Source: Spirochaetota bacterium | GTDB lineage: Bacteria > Spirochaetota > UBA4802 > UBA5550 | DNA length: 64,000 nucleotides | NCBI GenBank assembly: GCA_963664815.2 | Contig: CAXXHB010000003.1 | Coordinates: 3,424,001 to 3,488,000, forward strand | Direction of reading: 5' to 3' | In this document: piece after piece, positions 1 through 8,901 of the stretch | How the letters are laid out: every line of letters starts with the position of its first letter | How positions within the stretch are numbered: position 1 is the first letter of the stretch | Translations under genes and position numbers: made by a program | The notes under the pieces: model-generated | Seen by the model: the letters and a program-made list of their open reading frames with translations, nothing else | Told to the model about the DNA's origin: nothing | The model's database searches: none

Positions 1-38
1 CCGGTTACTATCCAGAATGAGGTAAAAGATCGAAAAGA

Positions 39-63
39 CCATGCCGGTAAAATACCGGCATGG
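39..63 (-). terminator. Intrinsic terminator downstream of nitroreductase
   Basis: Perfect 11-bp stem CCATGCCGGTA-aaa-TACCGGCATGG, followed on the minus strand by TCTTTT, about 30 nt after the stop at 93. Confidence 0.7.
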
Positions 64-92
64 CATAATGCGGGACCACGATAAAAACAGAC

Positions 93-707
93 TCAGAAAG
101 CTTCCTCCACAACCATATCAATCCGTTTCCGTCTCATTGTTTTATGACGATCCGGGGAGGCCTCTTTTTCATCAGAATAACCGGCTAGAAGAATATTTAC
201 AGGTTCAAATGTATCCGGAATATTAAACTCATCCCTGATAATCTGAGGATCAAAGTAAGTCATCCATAAAGTACCAAGGCCGAGATCAGTTGCCGCAAGC
301 ATCATATGATCCGTCACAATACTGGCATCAATATCTGACATCAATTTCCCGTCAAAAGGCCTTTTAAATGACTTACCTTTCTCTGAACAGATTATAAAAG
401 CATTCGGCGCACCACAATTCTTTGCCCCTTTCGCGAGTTTTTCCATTCCGCTCTTTGACCGTATAACAACAACCTTATAAGCCTGCAGATTTGCTCCCGT
501 TGGAGCTACACGTCCGGCCTCAATAATTGTATCAATGATATCGGATTTAACCGGGATATCTTTGTATCTTCTTACAGAAAAACGTTTTTTCGCGAGGTTC
601 AGAAAACCGCTTTCACAAAAATATTCTCCGGAAAAGGCTCCGCTTTTCACTGACACTTCCTGACTGCTGCATGCACTACATTCCGCATCATTACAATTGT
701 GTGTCAT
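93..707 (-). CDS. Nitroreductase family protein
   Basis: RFSVRRY, APTGANLQ and LAATDLGLGTLW motifs; start moved from 788 to ATG 707 (AAGGGGG RBS; operator lies upstream). Confidence 0.9.
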   Translation of the reverse strand: MTHNCNDAECSACSSQEVSVKSGAFSGEYFCESGFLNLAKKRFSVRRYKDIPVKSDIIDTIIEAGRVAPTGANLQAYKVVVIRSKSGMEKLAKGAKNCGAPNAFIICSEKGKSFKRPFDGKLMSDIDASIVTDHMMLAATDLGLGTLWMTYFDPQIIRDEFNIPDTFEPVNILLAGYSDEKEASPDRHKTMRRKRIDMVVEEAF

Positions 708-725
708 ATAAATCCCCCTTTGATA

Positions 726-761
726 TGTAATTATATTTATTACAGTTAAAACTGCATTAAA
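726..761. promoter_or_regulatory. Rrf2-type operator (TGTAA-N9-TTACA, 726-744) within a 36-bp duplicated promoter block
   Basis: TGTAATTATATTTATTACAGTTAAAACTGCATTAAA is identical to 3418-3453. Confidence 0.8.
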
Positions 762-804
762 TTCTTTAATAAAATCAAAATACATCACCAGAACAGCTTG
801 TGAA

Positions 805-1599
805 TCAATTTAAAAGTCTCAGAACATTTCCTCCAAGGACCATCTCCCTCAGCAGTTTATCCTTAACAATATATTCAACTGCCTCACGAGCAAGGCGGGG
901 ATTCCCGTAAGGCATGTCTGAACTGAACAGGATTCTTTCGGGGAACTCCTTTATTCCATATTTCAGCGGCATAACAGAAAATGAGGCGGATATATCAAAA
1001 TATATATCAGGCTTGTTTTTTATATAATCAATAGTCTCAAGCCAGTATGACCCTCCGCCATGTCCGAGTATTGTTTTTACACCGGAATATTTCTCCGCAT
1101 ATCCAATAATAACGCGGATATCATCAACTGTCAGAGGATTAAAGGTATGTACCCATACAGGATATTTCCCGTCATAATCCGATGCTGATTTGAATATATT
1201 CTCTGCCTTATACGCTTCCCCCGCACCGAATGCAATTTCCCCGATTCCAGAAAGTTTATTTTTTACAATATGTGTTTCAATCCAGTCCGAAGTTAAATCA
1301 TATGCTTTTCCAGTCGGAACTGATCCGAAACCGATAAACTTATCACTGTTTTTTTCTATTACTGATACCAGCTCACCCATTGAACTGATCCTCGCATCAA
1401 GAGGGTTTATCTCACCACTCAGAATTCTGTTGAGCATATTCATTTCCCTTTTAAACACCTCTTTATTCCCGGCTTTTTCCGGATGCACAAGAGTGGGGAA
1501 AAGAACAGCCCTCTCCACACCAGCCTCTTTGAGCAATTCAACCTGTTCCTCAACAGGAAACATAACATGTACATGAGAATCAATTATCTGCGCTGACAA
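805..1599 (-). CDS. Amidohydrolase family protein (Amidohydro_2-like)
   Basis: IIDSHVH, GIGE, VWVH, LGHGG and LFSSDMPY motifs; probable TTG start at 1599 with GGGGG RBS, overlapping the upstream gene. Confidence 0.85.
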   Translation of the reverse strand: MSAQIIDSHVHVMFPVEEQVELLKEAGVERAVLFPTLVHPEKAGNKEVFKREMNMLNRILSGEINPLDARISSMGELVSVIEKNSDKFIGFGSVPTGKAYDLTSDWIETHIVKNKLSGIGEIAFGAGEAYKAENIFKSASDYDGKYPVWVHTFNPLTVDDIRVIIGYAEKYSGVKTILGHGGGSYWLETIDYIKNKPDIYFDISASFSVMPLKYGIKEFPERILFSSDMPYGNPRLAREAVEYIVKDKLLREMVLGGNVLRLLN

Positions 1600-2230
1600 G
1601 TCGCACCCCCATTTCAAAAGCCTTCTGACAATCGACCGGGAACTGCTGTTCACGTCTTATGGCCTTTTCAACAGGATCAAATCTTGTCGAAACGTACTTT
1701 GAGTAGTCATCAAACTGATAGGTGTCATTCACTATAAGTGTTTCAGCAGTACCCAGTATCATTGCCATTACCCTTTCAACAAACATCGCAGCATGGCCGT
1801 AACCCATCTCTCTCATCCATTCATCTTTAGACCCCATGGTATATATGAAACCGGTTGCGATCTTTTTTTTAAATAATGAAATTATATCCATGTCATATAC
1901 AAGATACGGAAAGAGAAGCCTTTCCAGGAACGCTTTTGCCGAGGAGCTGAGGCTACCTATATAATTAGGCGATCCGAGAATGATTGCACCAGCTTCAGGC
2001 ACTTTTTCAAGGATTGGTGTTAATTCATCATTGACCGCACACCTGCCGTAACTTTTACCACCTTTAAGCTTGCACGCGAAACAGCTTACACACCCTTTAA
2101 AGTTCAAATCATAAAGATGAATTAATTCTGTTTCCGCTCCCGCAGAAGCTGCTCCATCAAGCGCCCGTCCAAGCAGCGTCGCTGTATTGCGGTCTTTCCT
2201 GGGACTGCCGTTGAATGCCATTATCTTCAC
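1580..2230 (-). CDS. Flavodoxin-fold / iron-sulfur flavoprotein (NADPH-dependent FMN reductase family)
   Basis: NGSPRKDRNT FMN loop, CxxCxxC...C, GSPNY; GTG start with AAGGAG RBS. Confidence 0.9.
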   Translation of the reverse strand: MKIMAFNGSPRKDRNTATLLGRALDGAASAGAETELIHLYDLNFKGCVSCFACKLKGGKSYGRCAVNDELTPILEKVPEAGAIILGSPNYIGSLSSSAKAFLERLLFPYLVYDMDIISLFKKKIATGFIYTMGSKDEWMREMGYGHAAMFVERVMAMILGTAETLIVNDTYQFDDYSKYVSTRFDPVEKAIRREQQFPVDCQKAFEMGVRLVSADN

Positions 2231-2259
2231 TTATTTTCTCCTTAAAATAAATTTTACTG

Positions 2260-2820
2260 TCACAACTCAATATTCATAATCCTTTTTTTTATTGTGTCCG
2301 CTTTATTATCAAAGCTCCATGAACTGCTGATCTTTATCGTATCAATAATGTCATATCCGCTGTTATTTAAGATGTAATGTATGTTTGATATCAGTAAAGG
2401 GAATTGCAGATCGTCTTCAGATCTGATATCGTCAGAAGCACATGTTACAACCAGTAAAGCCTTCTTCCCGACCATGTTCGGAACCGGCGGTTTGTCCAGG
2501 CAATACTCCAGCGTTGAAACATTTCTATCGAATATTACTTTCAGAGGTGCAGGCATATTGCTCCAGTATGAGGGTGTACCTATTACCAGGAGGTCCGAGT
2601 TTTTCAATTTATCACCCACCGAATGCCCATCATCCCCCGGAAGAATACATTTTTTATCAGGCCGGCACTTTAAACATCCTATACATGGTTTGACATCTAA
2701 ATCATACGCATGGATCAATTCATACTCATAACTGTTCTTGATTCTATCAACAATCATGCTTAATGCTTTCGCAGTGGGACCGTTTTTATGCGGGCTCCCA
2801 TTAACTATTAATGCTTTCAT
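2260..2820 (-). CDS. Flavodoxin-fold / iron-sulfur flavoprotein
   Basis: NGSPHKNGPT, CIGCLKC-x5-C, GTPSYW, LKVIFDR. Confidence 0.9.
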   Translation of the reverse strand: MKALIVNGSPHKNGPTAKALSMIVDRIKNSYEYELIHAYDLDVKPCIGCLKCRPDKKCILPGDDGHSVGDKLKNSDLLVIGTPSYWSNMPAPLKVIFDRNVSTLEYCLDKPPVPNMVGKKALLVVTCASDDIRSEDDLQFPLLISNIHYILNNSGYDIIDTIKISSSWSFDNKADTIKKRIMNIEL

Positions 2821-2892
2821 ATTACCTCGTTATAATGACAATTTAAAAATCCGTACCTGACCGGATTATGCTTTATATTTTAGTACGTGATC

Positions 2893-3402
2893 TCAAACAT
2901 TACTTTTTATTATATCAGTTATACTGCCGATATACATCCTGTGGTAATCATTGTTATATATTCCATTAATTGACGGATCAAGAAAGTGCGATGGATCAAT
3001 ATCCTGGTAATACAGCTTGCTGCATTCAAGCACAAGTTTAGCCTCAGCAAAATGGACCACCCCATTCTCTGATACAACCGGAGTTAATCCCGATTCTTTC
3101 ACCTTGTCACAATCACGTCCCGATTTTGTCCCGCATAAATTCAGGGCTTTTCTGTACTTTTCATCAAAAAATGACAGCGAATATGATTTGTTCTTTTCCA
3201 TAAATTCATATGTATAACGTTGCGGCCGGATAAAAATATAGGAAACCGGTTTGTTCCAGAGAACACCAAGTCCTCCCCATGATGCTGTCATTGTATTGAA
3301 TGATTTTTCAGAACCTGCAGTGATAAGCATCCAGTCGCTGCCAATCAGCTTGAAAACATTTTCATCAATTCTGTTTAATTCCGTTTTTGCATAATTAATC
3401 AT
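2893..3402 (-). CDS. Flavin reductase-like (flavoredoxin) protein
   Basis: WMLITAG, NTMTASWGG, RPQRYT, CGTKSGRD, YHRMYIG. Confidence 0.9.
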   Translation of the reverse strand: MINYAKTELNRIDENVFKLIGSDWMLITAGSEKSFNTMTASWGGLGVLWNKPVSYIFIRPQRYTYEFMEKNKSYSLSFFDEKYRKALNLCGTKSGRDCDKVKESGLTPVVSENGVVHFAEAKLVLECSKLYYQDIDPSHFLDPSINGIYNNDYHRMYIGSITDIIKSNV

Positions 3403-3417
3403 ATATTGCTCCTTATT

Positions 3418-3453
3418 TGTAATTATATTTATTACAGTTAAAACTGCATTAAA
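3418..3453. promoter_or_regulatory. Rrf2-type operator (3418-3436) within the 36-bp duplicated block
   Basis: Identical to 726-761; directly upstream of the AAGGAG RBS of the flavin reductase. Confidence 0.8.
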
Positions 3454-3521
3454 CCCTTAAATAATTTCGGCATAGCTGCAATACATACCGATAAATCCAG
3501 GCAATTATATTTCAAGGAAAA

Positions 3522-3540
3522 TGTAATTTTCTTTATTACA
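3522..3540. promoter_or_regulatory. Rrf2-type operator, third copy
   Basis: TGTAATTTTCTTTATTACA followed by GTT, as in the other copies. Confidence 0.7.
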
Positions 3541-3556
3541 GTTTGCCTGAAAAAAA

Positions 3557-3961
3557 TTAAAGCATCGCCATGACACTCTTCAAAGTATATTTTCCGAGGT
3601 ATTCCTGGAATTTATCATCTGCCCCGGAAAGTATCTCATCCAAGACATTCTCAATATTTGAACCAATTTTACATGAAACACAACAATCATGACATTTAGG
3701 CTTAAGAAGATCCTCCTGGTTCAGAAGGTAAATATCTTTTAACGAAACCTTTGATAAATCACATGAAATAGAGAACCCGCCCCGGCTCCCCTCCTTTGAA
3801 TCTATATATCCCTCACTTTTCATTTTGGAAAGGACCTTTCTTATACGCACAGGATGAACCTTCATCAGTTCGGAAAGCCTGCCGCTTGTAAGGAGTTCAC
3901 CTTCATTTACCGCAAGAAGAAGGAGCGTATGAACACTTAATGCGAAATCACTATTAATCAT
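3557..3961 (-). CDS. Rrf2-family transcriptional regulator
   Basis: NSDFALSVH, TS..L, HPVRIRKVL, EGSRGGF, VSLKDIY; Cys-rich CHDCCVSC. Confidence 0.9.
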   Translation of the reverse strand: MINSDFALSVHTLLLLAVNEGELLTSGRLSELMKVHPVRIRKVLSKMKSEGYIDSKEGSRGGFSISCDLSKVSLKDIYLLNQEDLLKPKCHDCCVSCKIGSNIENVLDEILSGADDKFQEYLGKYTLKSVMAML

Positions 3962-3965
3962 ATAA

Positions 3966-3997
3966 TGTAATATATTTTATTACAGTTTATATGTCAA
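3966..3997 (-). promoter_or_regulatory. sigma70 promoter with overlapping Rrf2 operator (autoregulation)
   Basis: Minus strand TTGACA-17-TATATT-7-ATG; TGTAATATATTTTATTACA at 3966-3984 covers the -10. Confidence 0.8.
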
Positions 3998-4236
3998 GAG
4001 ATATTTGATATTTTTAAAACTGTTCATCTTACCCGGTACAAGGTTAAAACATCTTTTATAATGGATTTCAATATTAATTTCTTACCATATATTTTAGTAT
4101 AATACAAGCCGGAGAAACCGGCGCTTTCTGCATGCAGCACCCTTAATAGTAAATGGATATTATAATTTATCCATATTGACAACTTAACTTAACAATTACT
4201 ATATTGAATTCAGTACCATAGAATTGAGGAATCTGC

Positions 4237-4650
4237 ATGGAATGGAAATGGGACACCAAACTTGAAACCGGCATTGAAGAAATAGATGAGCAACATAAAG
4301 AGTTATTCAACAGAATTGATCAGCTTGAACTTGCGATATACAAAGGGATGGCTTCCTTTGAACTTGTAAAGTTACTGAAATACCTTGAATCATATATGAC
4401 TGATCATTTTAAAATGGAGGAAAAACTGATGATTGACTGCATCTATCCCGATTTTGAATATCATGCCAGGCAACATGAAGAATTCAGAAAAACCTTTAAC
4501 GAAATACTGGATAGTGTTAAAAACAGAGGTACTGATATATATCTCGCCATAGATATTGATAAACAGATGAGGAAATGGTGGGAAAAACATATTCTTAAAA
4601 TGGACATGGCATATCTCCCTTATTTAAAAAGTAAAAAAGATTTCATTTGA
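4237..4650 (+). CDS. Bacteriohemerythrin
   Basis: W..ETGIEEIDEQH, HF..EE, H...H and HI...D di-iron ligands. Confidence 0.92.
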   Translation: MEWKWDTKLETGIEEIDEQHKELFNRIDQLELAIYKGMASFELVKLLKYLESYMTDHFKMEEKLMIDCIYPDFEYHARQHEEFRKTFNEILDSVKNRGTDIYLAIDIDKQMRKWWEKHILKMDMAYLPYLKSKKDFI

Positions 4651-4697
4651 TAAAATATAAATCCTTATATATATAATAAATAAACAATAACCATAAA

Positions 4698-5330
4698 TTA
4701 TTCTTTTCTGTTTATCTCACTGACGAGTTCTTTTACCATCCTGTCAAGAACCAGTTCCCTGTATGAATCAAGAGATCTGTAACCAGGCATATATTCATCC
4801 TGTTCTGATTCAGCATAACGGTTTTTCACTGAAAAAACTTCAATACCGCTGGAAACAGCAGTCAATTTCACGATAATATTAAACCTGTAAACATTTACCC
4901 TTTTTACATCATCATTCCTGTCATTTTTGCCGCCTGATAAGATATAACCGGGCATAAAAGAACCATGCTGCCTTATATCTCTCTGAATCTCCTTATTCTC
5001 TATAATTTCACCTGTAAGAACCATATCAACGTCTAATAGCTTCCCTGTTTTTATTATATTTTCCTGCGTAATCCCGGAGGTATTGAATTCTTTTTTTTTC
5101 AGCAGTAGTTCTGTTTTCTCTTTATCAATTACTCTGAAATGCATATCAAGAAGTGCTGACCTGAACTTCTCTTCAGACGATGAATATATCTCATCTTTAA
5201 AAGTTTCAGATGATTTAAAAGGCAGAATAACAACACTATTTCCAGGTTTTACAAGATCTCTGTTCAATGATATATCAGTCGTTACACAACCGGCTGAAAA
5301 AACCAACATCATAAGTAATATATTTTTCAT
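4698..5330 (-). CDS. Putative lipoprotein, CsgG/TolB-N-like fold
   Basis: Lipobox FSAGC; VVILPF, F.VIDK and GKLLDVDMVLTG pattern. Confidence 0.6.
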   Translation of the reverse strand: MKNILLMMLVFSAGCVTTDISLNRDLVKPGNSVVILPFKSSETFKDEIYSSSEEKFRSALLDMHFRVIDKEKTELLLKKKEFNTSGITQENIIKTGKLLDVDMVLTGEIIENKEIQRDIRQHGSFMPGYILSGGKNDRNDDVKRVNVYRFNIIVKLTAVSSGIEVFSVKNRYAESEQDEYMPGYRSLDSYRELVLDRMVKELVSEINRKE

Positions 5331-5643
5331 AATCTGTTCCTCCGGATAACCAGCTAATATTAGCTAATATTCTATTATACAAAATATCATATCTCATGTA
5401 ATCAAAACAATGAAATTTGATAAAAATTAATAATACACATTACTATCTAATGACGTTATAAGACGTGAATTGTTAAATATAATTTATAATTACAAAATAT
5501 ACTTTTCTTATAGTTGTCACACTCGAATGATACTCCATATATACAACAAAGTCTGTTTTTTATTGATGTACATGTTGACATCCTGAATGCGTTTTATTAT
5601 TAATTCCTGTATTAAATAGTATATTTTGAATCAGGGGACTTTG

Positions 5644-7077
5644 ATGAATACACAGGAAGATTCAAACTCAGTACACAACCCATGGATAATTTTTTCAGTT
5701 GTTGCAATGTGTACATTTATGTCAACACTCGATTCCAGCATTGTGAATGTCGCATTGCCGGTAATAACAAAGGCGATGGGAACCCGGATAGACATTGCTC
5801 AATGGATTGTCACTGCTTATCTTTTAACAATTTCATGCCTCCTTCCGATTTTCGGCCGCGCAGGGGACATGTACGGGCAGAGAAGAATACTGACTGCCGG
5901 AATGCTTGTTTTTATTTTAAGCTCTGCGGCCTGCGGTCTTTCATCATCCATATTAATGCTTATCGTTTCACGGATTATACAGGCCATTGGTGCATCGATG
6001 ATGATGTCCAATGCCCCTGCAATAATTGCCACAACATTTCCGGCAAATGAAAGAGGCCGTGCGCTGGGAGCTATAGGTGCCGTTGTTGCCATGGGATCTA
6101 TCACAGGCCCCAGCCTTGGAGGTATACTGGCCGGAATTCTCGGATGGCAATCAATATTTTTTATAAATCTTCCTATTGGTATTGTTGCATTCACCATGGG
6201 CCGCTTATTGTTACCAAAAGGTTTCCATAAAGATGAAACATTTGATTTCACAGGTTCTCTGCTTTTTGCTGTTTCAATATGCAGTTTCCTTCTTGTATTG
6301 AGCCACGGAGGGAAATGGGGGTGGCGTTCAGTCCAGGTTTATACCGGAATCTCTACCGGTATAATTTCTCTTATCCTTTTCGTTTTTATTGAAGGAAAAG
6401 TTAAACACCCGATGCTTGACCTTACCCTCTTCAGGAACTGGCCCTTTTTAGCAGGCAACCTTTCAGGCCTTCTATCTTTTATGGCCATGTTCAGCAATGC
6501 TATCCTTCTCCCCTTTTTTCTGACAAACATTGACGGTTTATCCCCCTCCAGTGTCGGGCTGATAATAACGCCCTTCCCCCTTGTTATGGGGATCACGGCT
6601 CCGGTCAGCGGATATCTTTCAGAAAAAGTCAAACCTGTATTCCTGACAACAACAGGGCTTTGTATAACCACTGTTGGATTAACAATAATGAGCAGAATTG
6701 ATGCCAATACCTCTGTTTTTCACATTGCCCTGATACAGGCTTTTATGGGTCTTGGCAGCGGTTTATTCCAGTCACCGAACAACAACAGCGTTATAAGCTC
6801 TGTGCCACGGGAGAAGATGGGTACGGCAGGGGGACTAAATGCACTCATGAGAAATATCGGCATGGTTACAGGTACAGCAATTGCTGTTTCAATTTTCGAA
6901 AACCAGAGAACTGGTTTTCTGCAGGGGATACCTAACCCAACAACAATTCAGAAAACTACGGCCTTTCTCCATGGTTACCATTCGGCAATTATGACCGGTG
7001 CATTTATTGCAGCTGCAGGTGTATTTATTTCGTTCAACAGAAAAGGTTATGCCAACTCATTTAAAAAGCAGCTTTAA
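5644..7077 (+). CDS. MFS drug:H+ antiporter, DHA2 (EmrB/QacA) family
   Basis: DSSIVNVALP, W...AYLL, GRAGDMYGQRR, ERGRALG, GWQSIFFINLP; ATG 5644 with AGGGGA RBS. Confidence 0.92.
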   Translation: MNTQEDSNSVHNPWIIFSVVAMCTFMSTLDSSIVNVALPVITKAMGTRIDIAQWIVTAYLLTISCLLPIFGRAGDMYGQRRILTAGMLVFILSSAACGLSSSILMLIVSRIIQAIGASMMMSNAPAIIATTFPANERGRALGAIGAVVAMGSITGPSLGGILAGILGWQSIFFINLPIGIVAFTMGRLLLPKGFHKDETFDFTGSLLFAVSICSFLLVLSHGGKWGWRSVQVYTGISTGIISLILFVFIEGKVKHPMLDLTLFRNWPFLAGNLSGLLSFMAMFSNAILLPFFLTNIDGLSPSSVGLIITPFPLVMGITAPVSGYLSEKVKPVFLTTTGLCITTVGLTIMSRIDANTSVFHIALIQAFMGLGSGLFQSPNNNSVISSVPREKMGTAGGLNALMRNIGMVTGTAIAVSIFENQRTGFLQGIPNPTTIQKTTAFLHGYHSAIMTGAFIAAAGVFISFNRKGYANSFKKQL

Positions 7078-7100
7078 TATAACCGGTATATTAAGCAAAA

Positions 7101-7133
7101 AAGGGCTATCCTGCTCAATGCAGAATAGCCCTT
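7101..7133. terminator. Terminator between convergent MFS and CoA-transferase genes
   Basis: AAGGGCTAT-c-CTGC-tcaat-GCAG-a-ATAGCCCTT, with a U-tract on the minus strand. Confidence 0.75.
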
Positions 7134-7182
7134 CAGGGAACACCTTTATATCCTCATAAAAAGAATGGAATTCTATTAATAG

Positions 7183-8526
7183 TTACGCAATCATCTTGTT
7201 GCTTTTAACCCATATCTTCTGAGCTTCCGCCTGTTTTACAAGTTCATCCTTTACTGCAGGGTGAGCTATATTTATAAGCTCCTCCGCTCTCTGCCATGTT
7301 GATTTACCCTTCATCATTGCAATCCCATATTCCGTAACAATGTAGCTTGTTATACTTCTTGGTATTGTGGCTATCGCGCCAGGAGGCAATACCGGAGTAA
7401 TTCTTGAAACAATCCTGCCATCAACCTCGTTGGCAGACTTAAGGCATATAAGGCCTTTACCACCATTGGAACGGTATGCTCCGAAAATAAAATCAAACTG
7501 CCCGCCTGTACCTGATATCTGTCTTACTCCGGAGGATTCGGAACAGACCTGCCCGTAAAGGTCAACCTCAACCGCATTATTAATGGCTATGACATTATCA
7601 TTCTGGGCTATCCTGAATGGATCGTTAGTATAACTTACCGGATAGGTGGCGCATACAGGATTTTTATCAAGAAAATCATAAAGCTTCTTTGTACCCATCG
7701 CAAAAGTATAAACAATTTTTCCTTTATCGACATTCTTGTATTTACCTGTAATCCTTCCATTGTTATACATATCAACAAATGAATCTACAAGCATCTCTGT
7801 ATGTACTCCAAGATCTTTCAGATCAGAATTGGCGATCATATCACCTACTATATTCGGCATTGCTCCGATCCCCAGCTGGAGACATGCCCTGTCCGGAATT
7901 TCATCCATGACAATCTGGGCTATTTTTCTGTCAACATCGGTTACCGGTGTATCAGGAAGCTGAATCAACGGCTTGTTGTCGCCATGTACAAGATAGTCTA
8001 TCTGCGAAATGTGAATAGATTCTCTTGCACCTCCAAGGCACTGAGGAATGGCTGTGTTGACCTCAGCTATAACTACTTTTGAAGCATCAACCATCGACAT
8101 GGAGATGGAATTGCTTGTCCCAAGATTAAAAAAACCCGCCTTGTCCATAGGTCCTACTTTAATCATCGCAACATCAGGCTTTACGTATCCCCTTTCAAAA
8201 AATGAAGGTCCCTCGTGATATGTCAGAGATATATAGTTGCATAGATCGTTATCATGCGATCTTCTGCTTGCACCGCTGAAATGCCAGTCATTAAATATGA
8301 AATGACTTCTGTCCGGATCCTTTTGTACAACCTGCGGTACATAGGGACAGCAGACAGCACGGACCTCAACATTATGAAGTTCATCCTTCCTTGCAGCCAG
8401 AGCCGCGTCAAGAACGTGTGAATTCATGACAAACTCACCATAATGCACCAAATCCCCGGATTTTACGACCTTCACCGCATCATCGGCGGCAACCAGTTTC
8501 TTCTGATATTCCATTTTCAAATCCAT
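7183..8526 (-). CDS. Acetyl-CoA hydrolase/transferase family, butyryl-CoA:acetate CoA-transferase-like
   Basis: LQLGIGAMP, DLGVHTEM (catalytic Glu), QISGTGGQFDF, IVTEYG, But-like C-terminus IAHP...IW..SNK. Confidence 0.88.
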   Translation of the reverse strand: MDLKMEYQKKLVAADDAVKVVKSGDLVHYGEFVMNSHVLDAALAARKDELHNVEVRAVCCPYVPQVVQKDPDRSHFIFNDWHFSGASRRSHDNDLCNYISLTYHEGPSFFERGYVKPDVAMIKVGPMDKAGFFNLGTSNSISMSMVDASKVVIAEVNTAIPQCLGGARESIHISQIDYLVHGDNKPLIQLPDTPVTDVDRKIAQIVMDEIPDRACLQLGIGAMPNIVGDMIANSDLKDLGVHTEMLVDSFVDMYNNGRITGKYKNVDKGKIVYTFAMGTKKLYDFLDKNPVCATYPVSYTNDPFRIAQNDNVIAINNAVEVDLYGQVCSESSGVRQISGTGGQFDFIFGAYRSNGGKGLICLKSANEVDGRIVSRITPVLPPGAIATIPRSITSYIVTEYGIAMMKGKSTWQRAEELINIAHPAVKDELVKQAEAQKIWVKSNKMIA

Positions 8527-8643
8527 TACAGACCCCCTTAATATTCAGCAGCTATTTCCTGATATTCTTTCAAAGAAAGTATTCAGCTATATAAACGCCC
8601 GGTATTACTGGTATTATTATAGATTCATTTGGAATTTATGACA

Positions 8644-8732
8644 ATCAGGTATATTAGTATTTATTCTATCAGGTGGATCAGTATTTATTTTATAGGTGTA
8701 CTTCTGAATTCACTGATAGGGTTTTCTCCGAT
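8644..8732. promoter_or_regulatory. Array of 24-bp-phased imperfect palindromes upstream of the CoA-transferase
   Basis: AT(C/A)(A/G)G half-sites start at 8644, 8668, 8692 and 8716; 8679-8732 aligns ungapped with 11020-11073 (43/54 identical by hand). Confidence 0.7.
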
Positions 8733-8846
8733 AGTTTCAGCATAATTCTGTTTTTCAGTGTTTCAGAAATTATATAATAAACGATTTCCATTTATCAGGT
8801 AAAGCTTTAAAATCTCAGACTGAACAAACTAAATTTATCCGAACAG

Positions 8847-8876
8847 AAAAAAAAGAGGCCGAAGCCTCTTTTTTTT
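8847..8876 (-). terminator. Intrinsic terminator after acyl-CoA dehydrogenase
   Basis: A8-GAGGC-cgaa-GCCTC-T8; C(UUCG)G loop on the minus strand. Confidence 0.9.
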
Positions 8877-8901
8877 GTTCCTTTCATATATAATGAGCTT
8901 T

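Noticed and set aside
726-3453. The 36-bp direct repeat as a CRISPR repeat or att site
   Set aside because: Only two copies 2.7 kb apart, no spacers, cas genes or integrase; both sit at promoter positions
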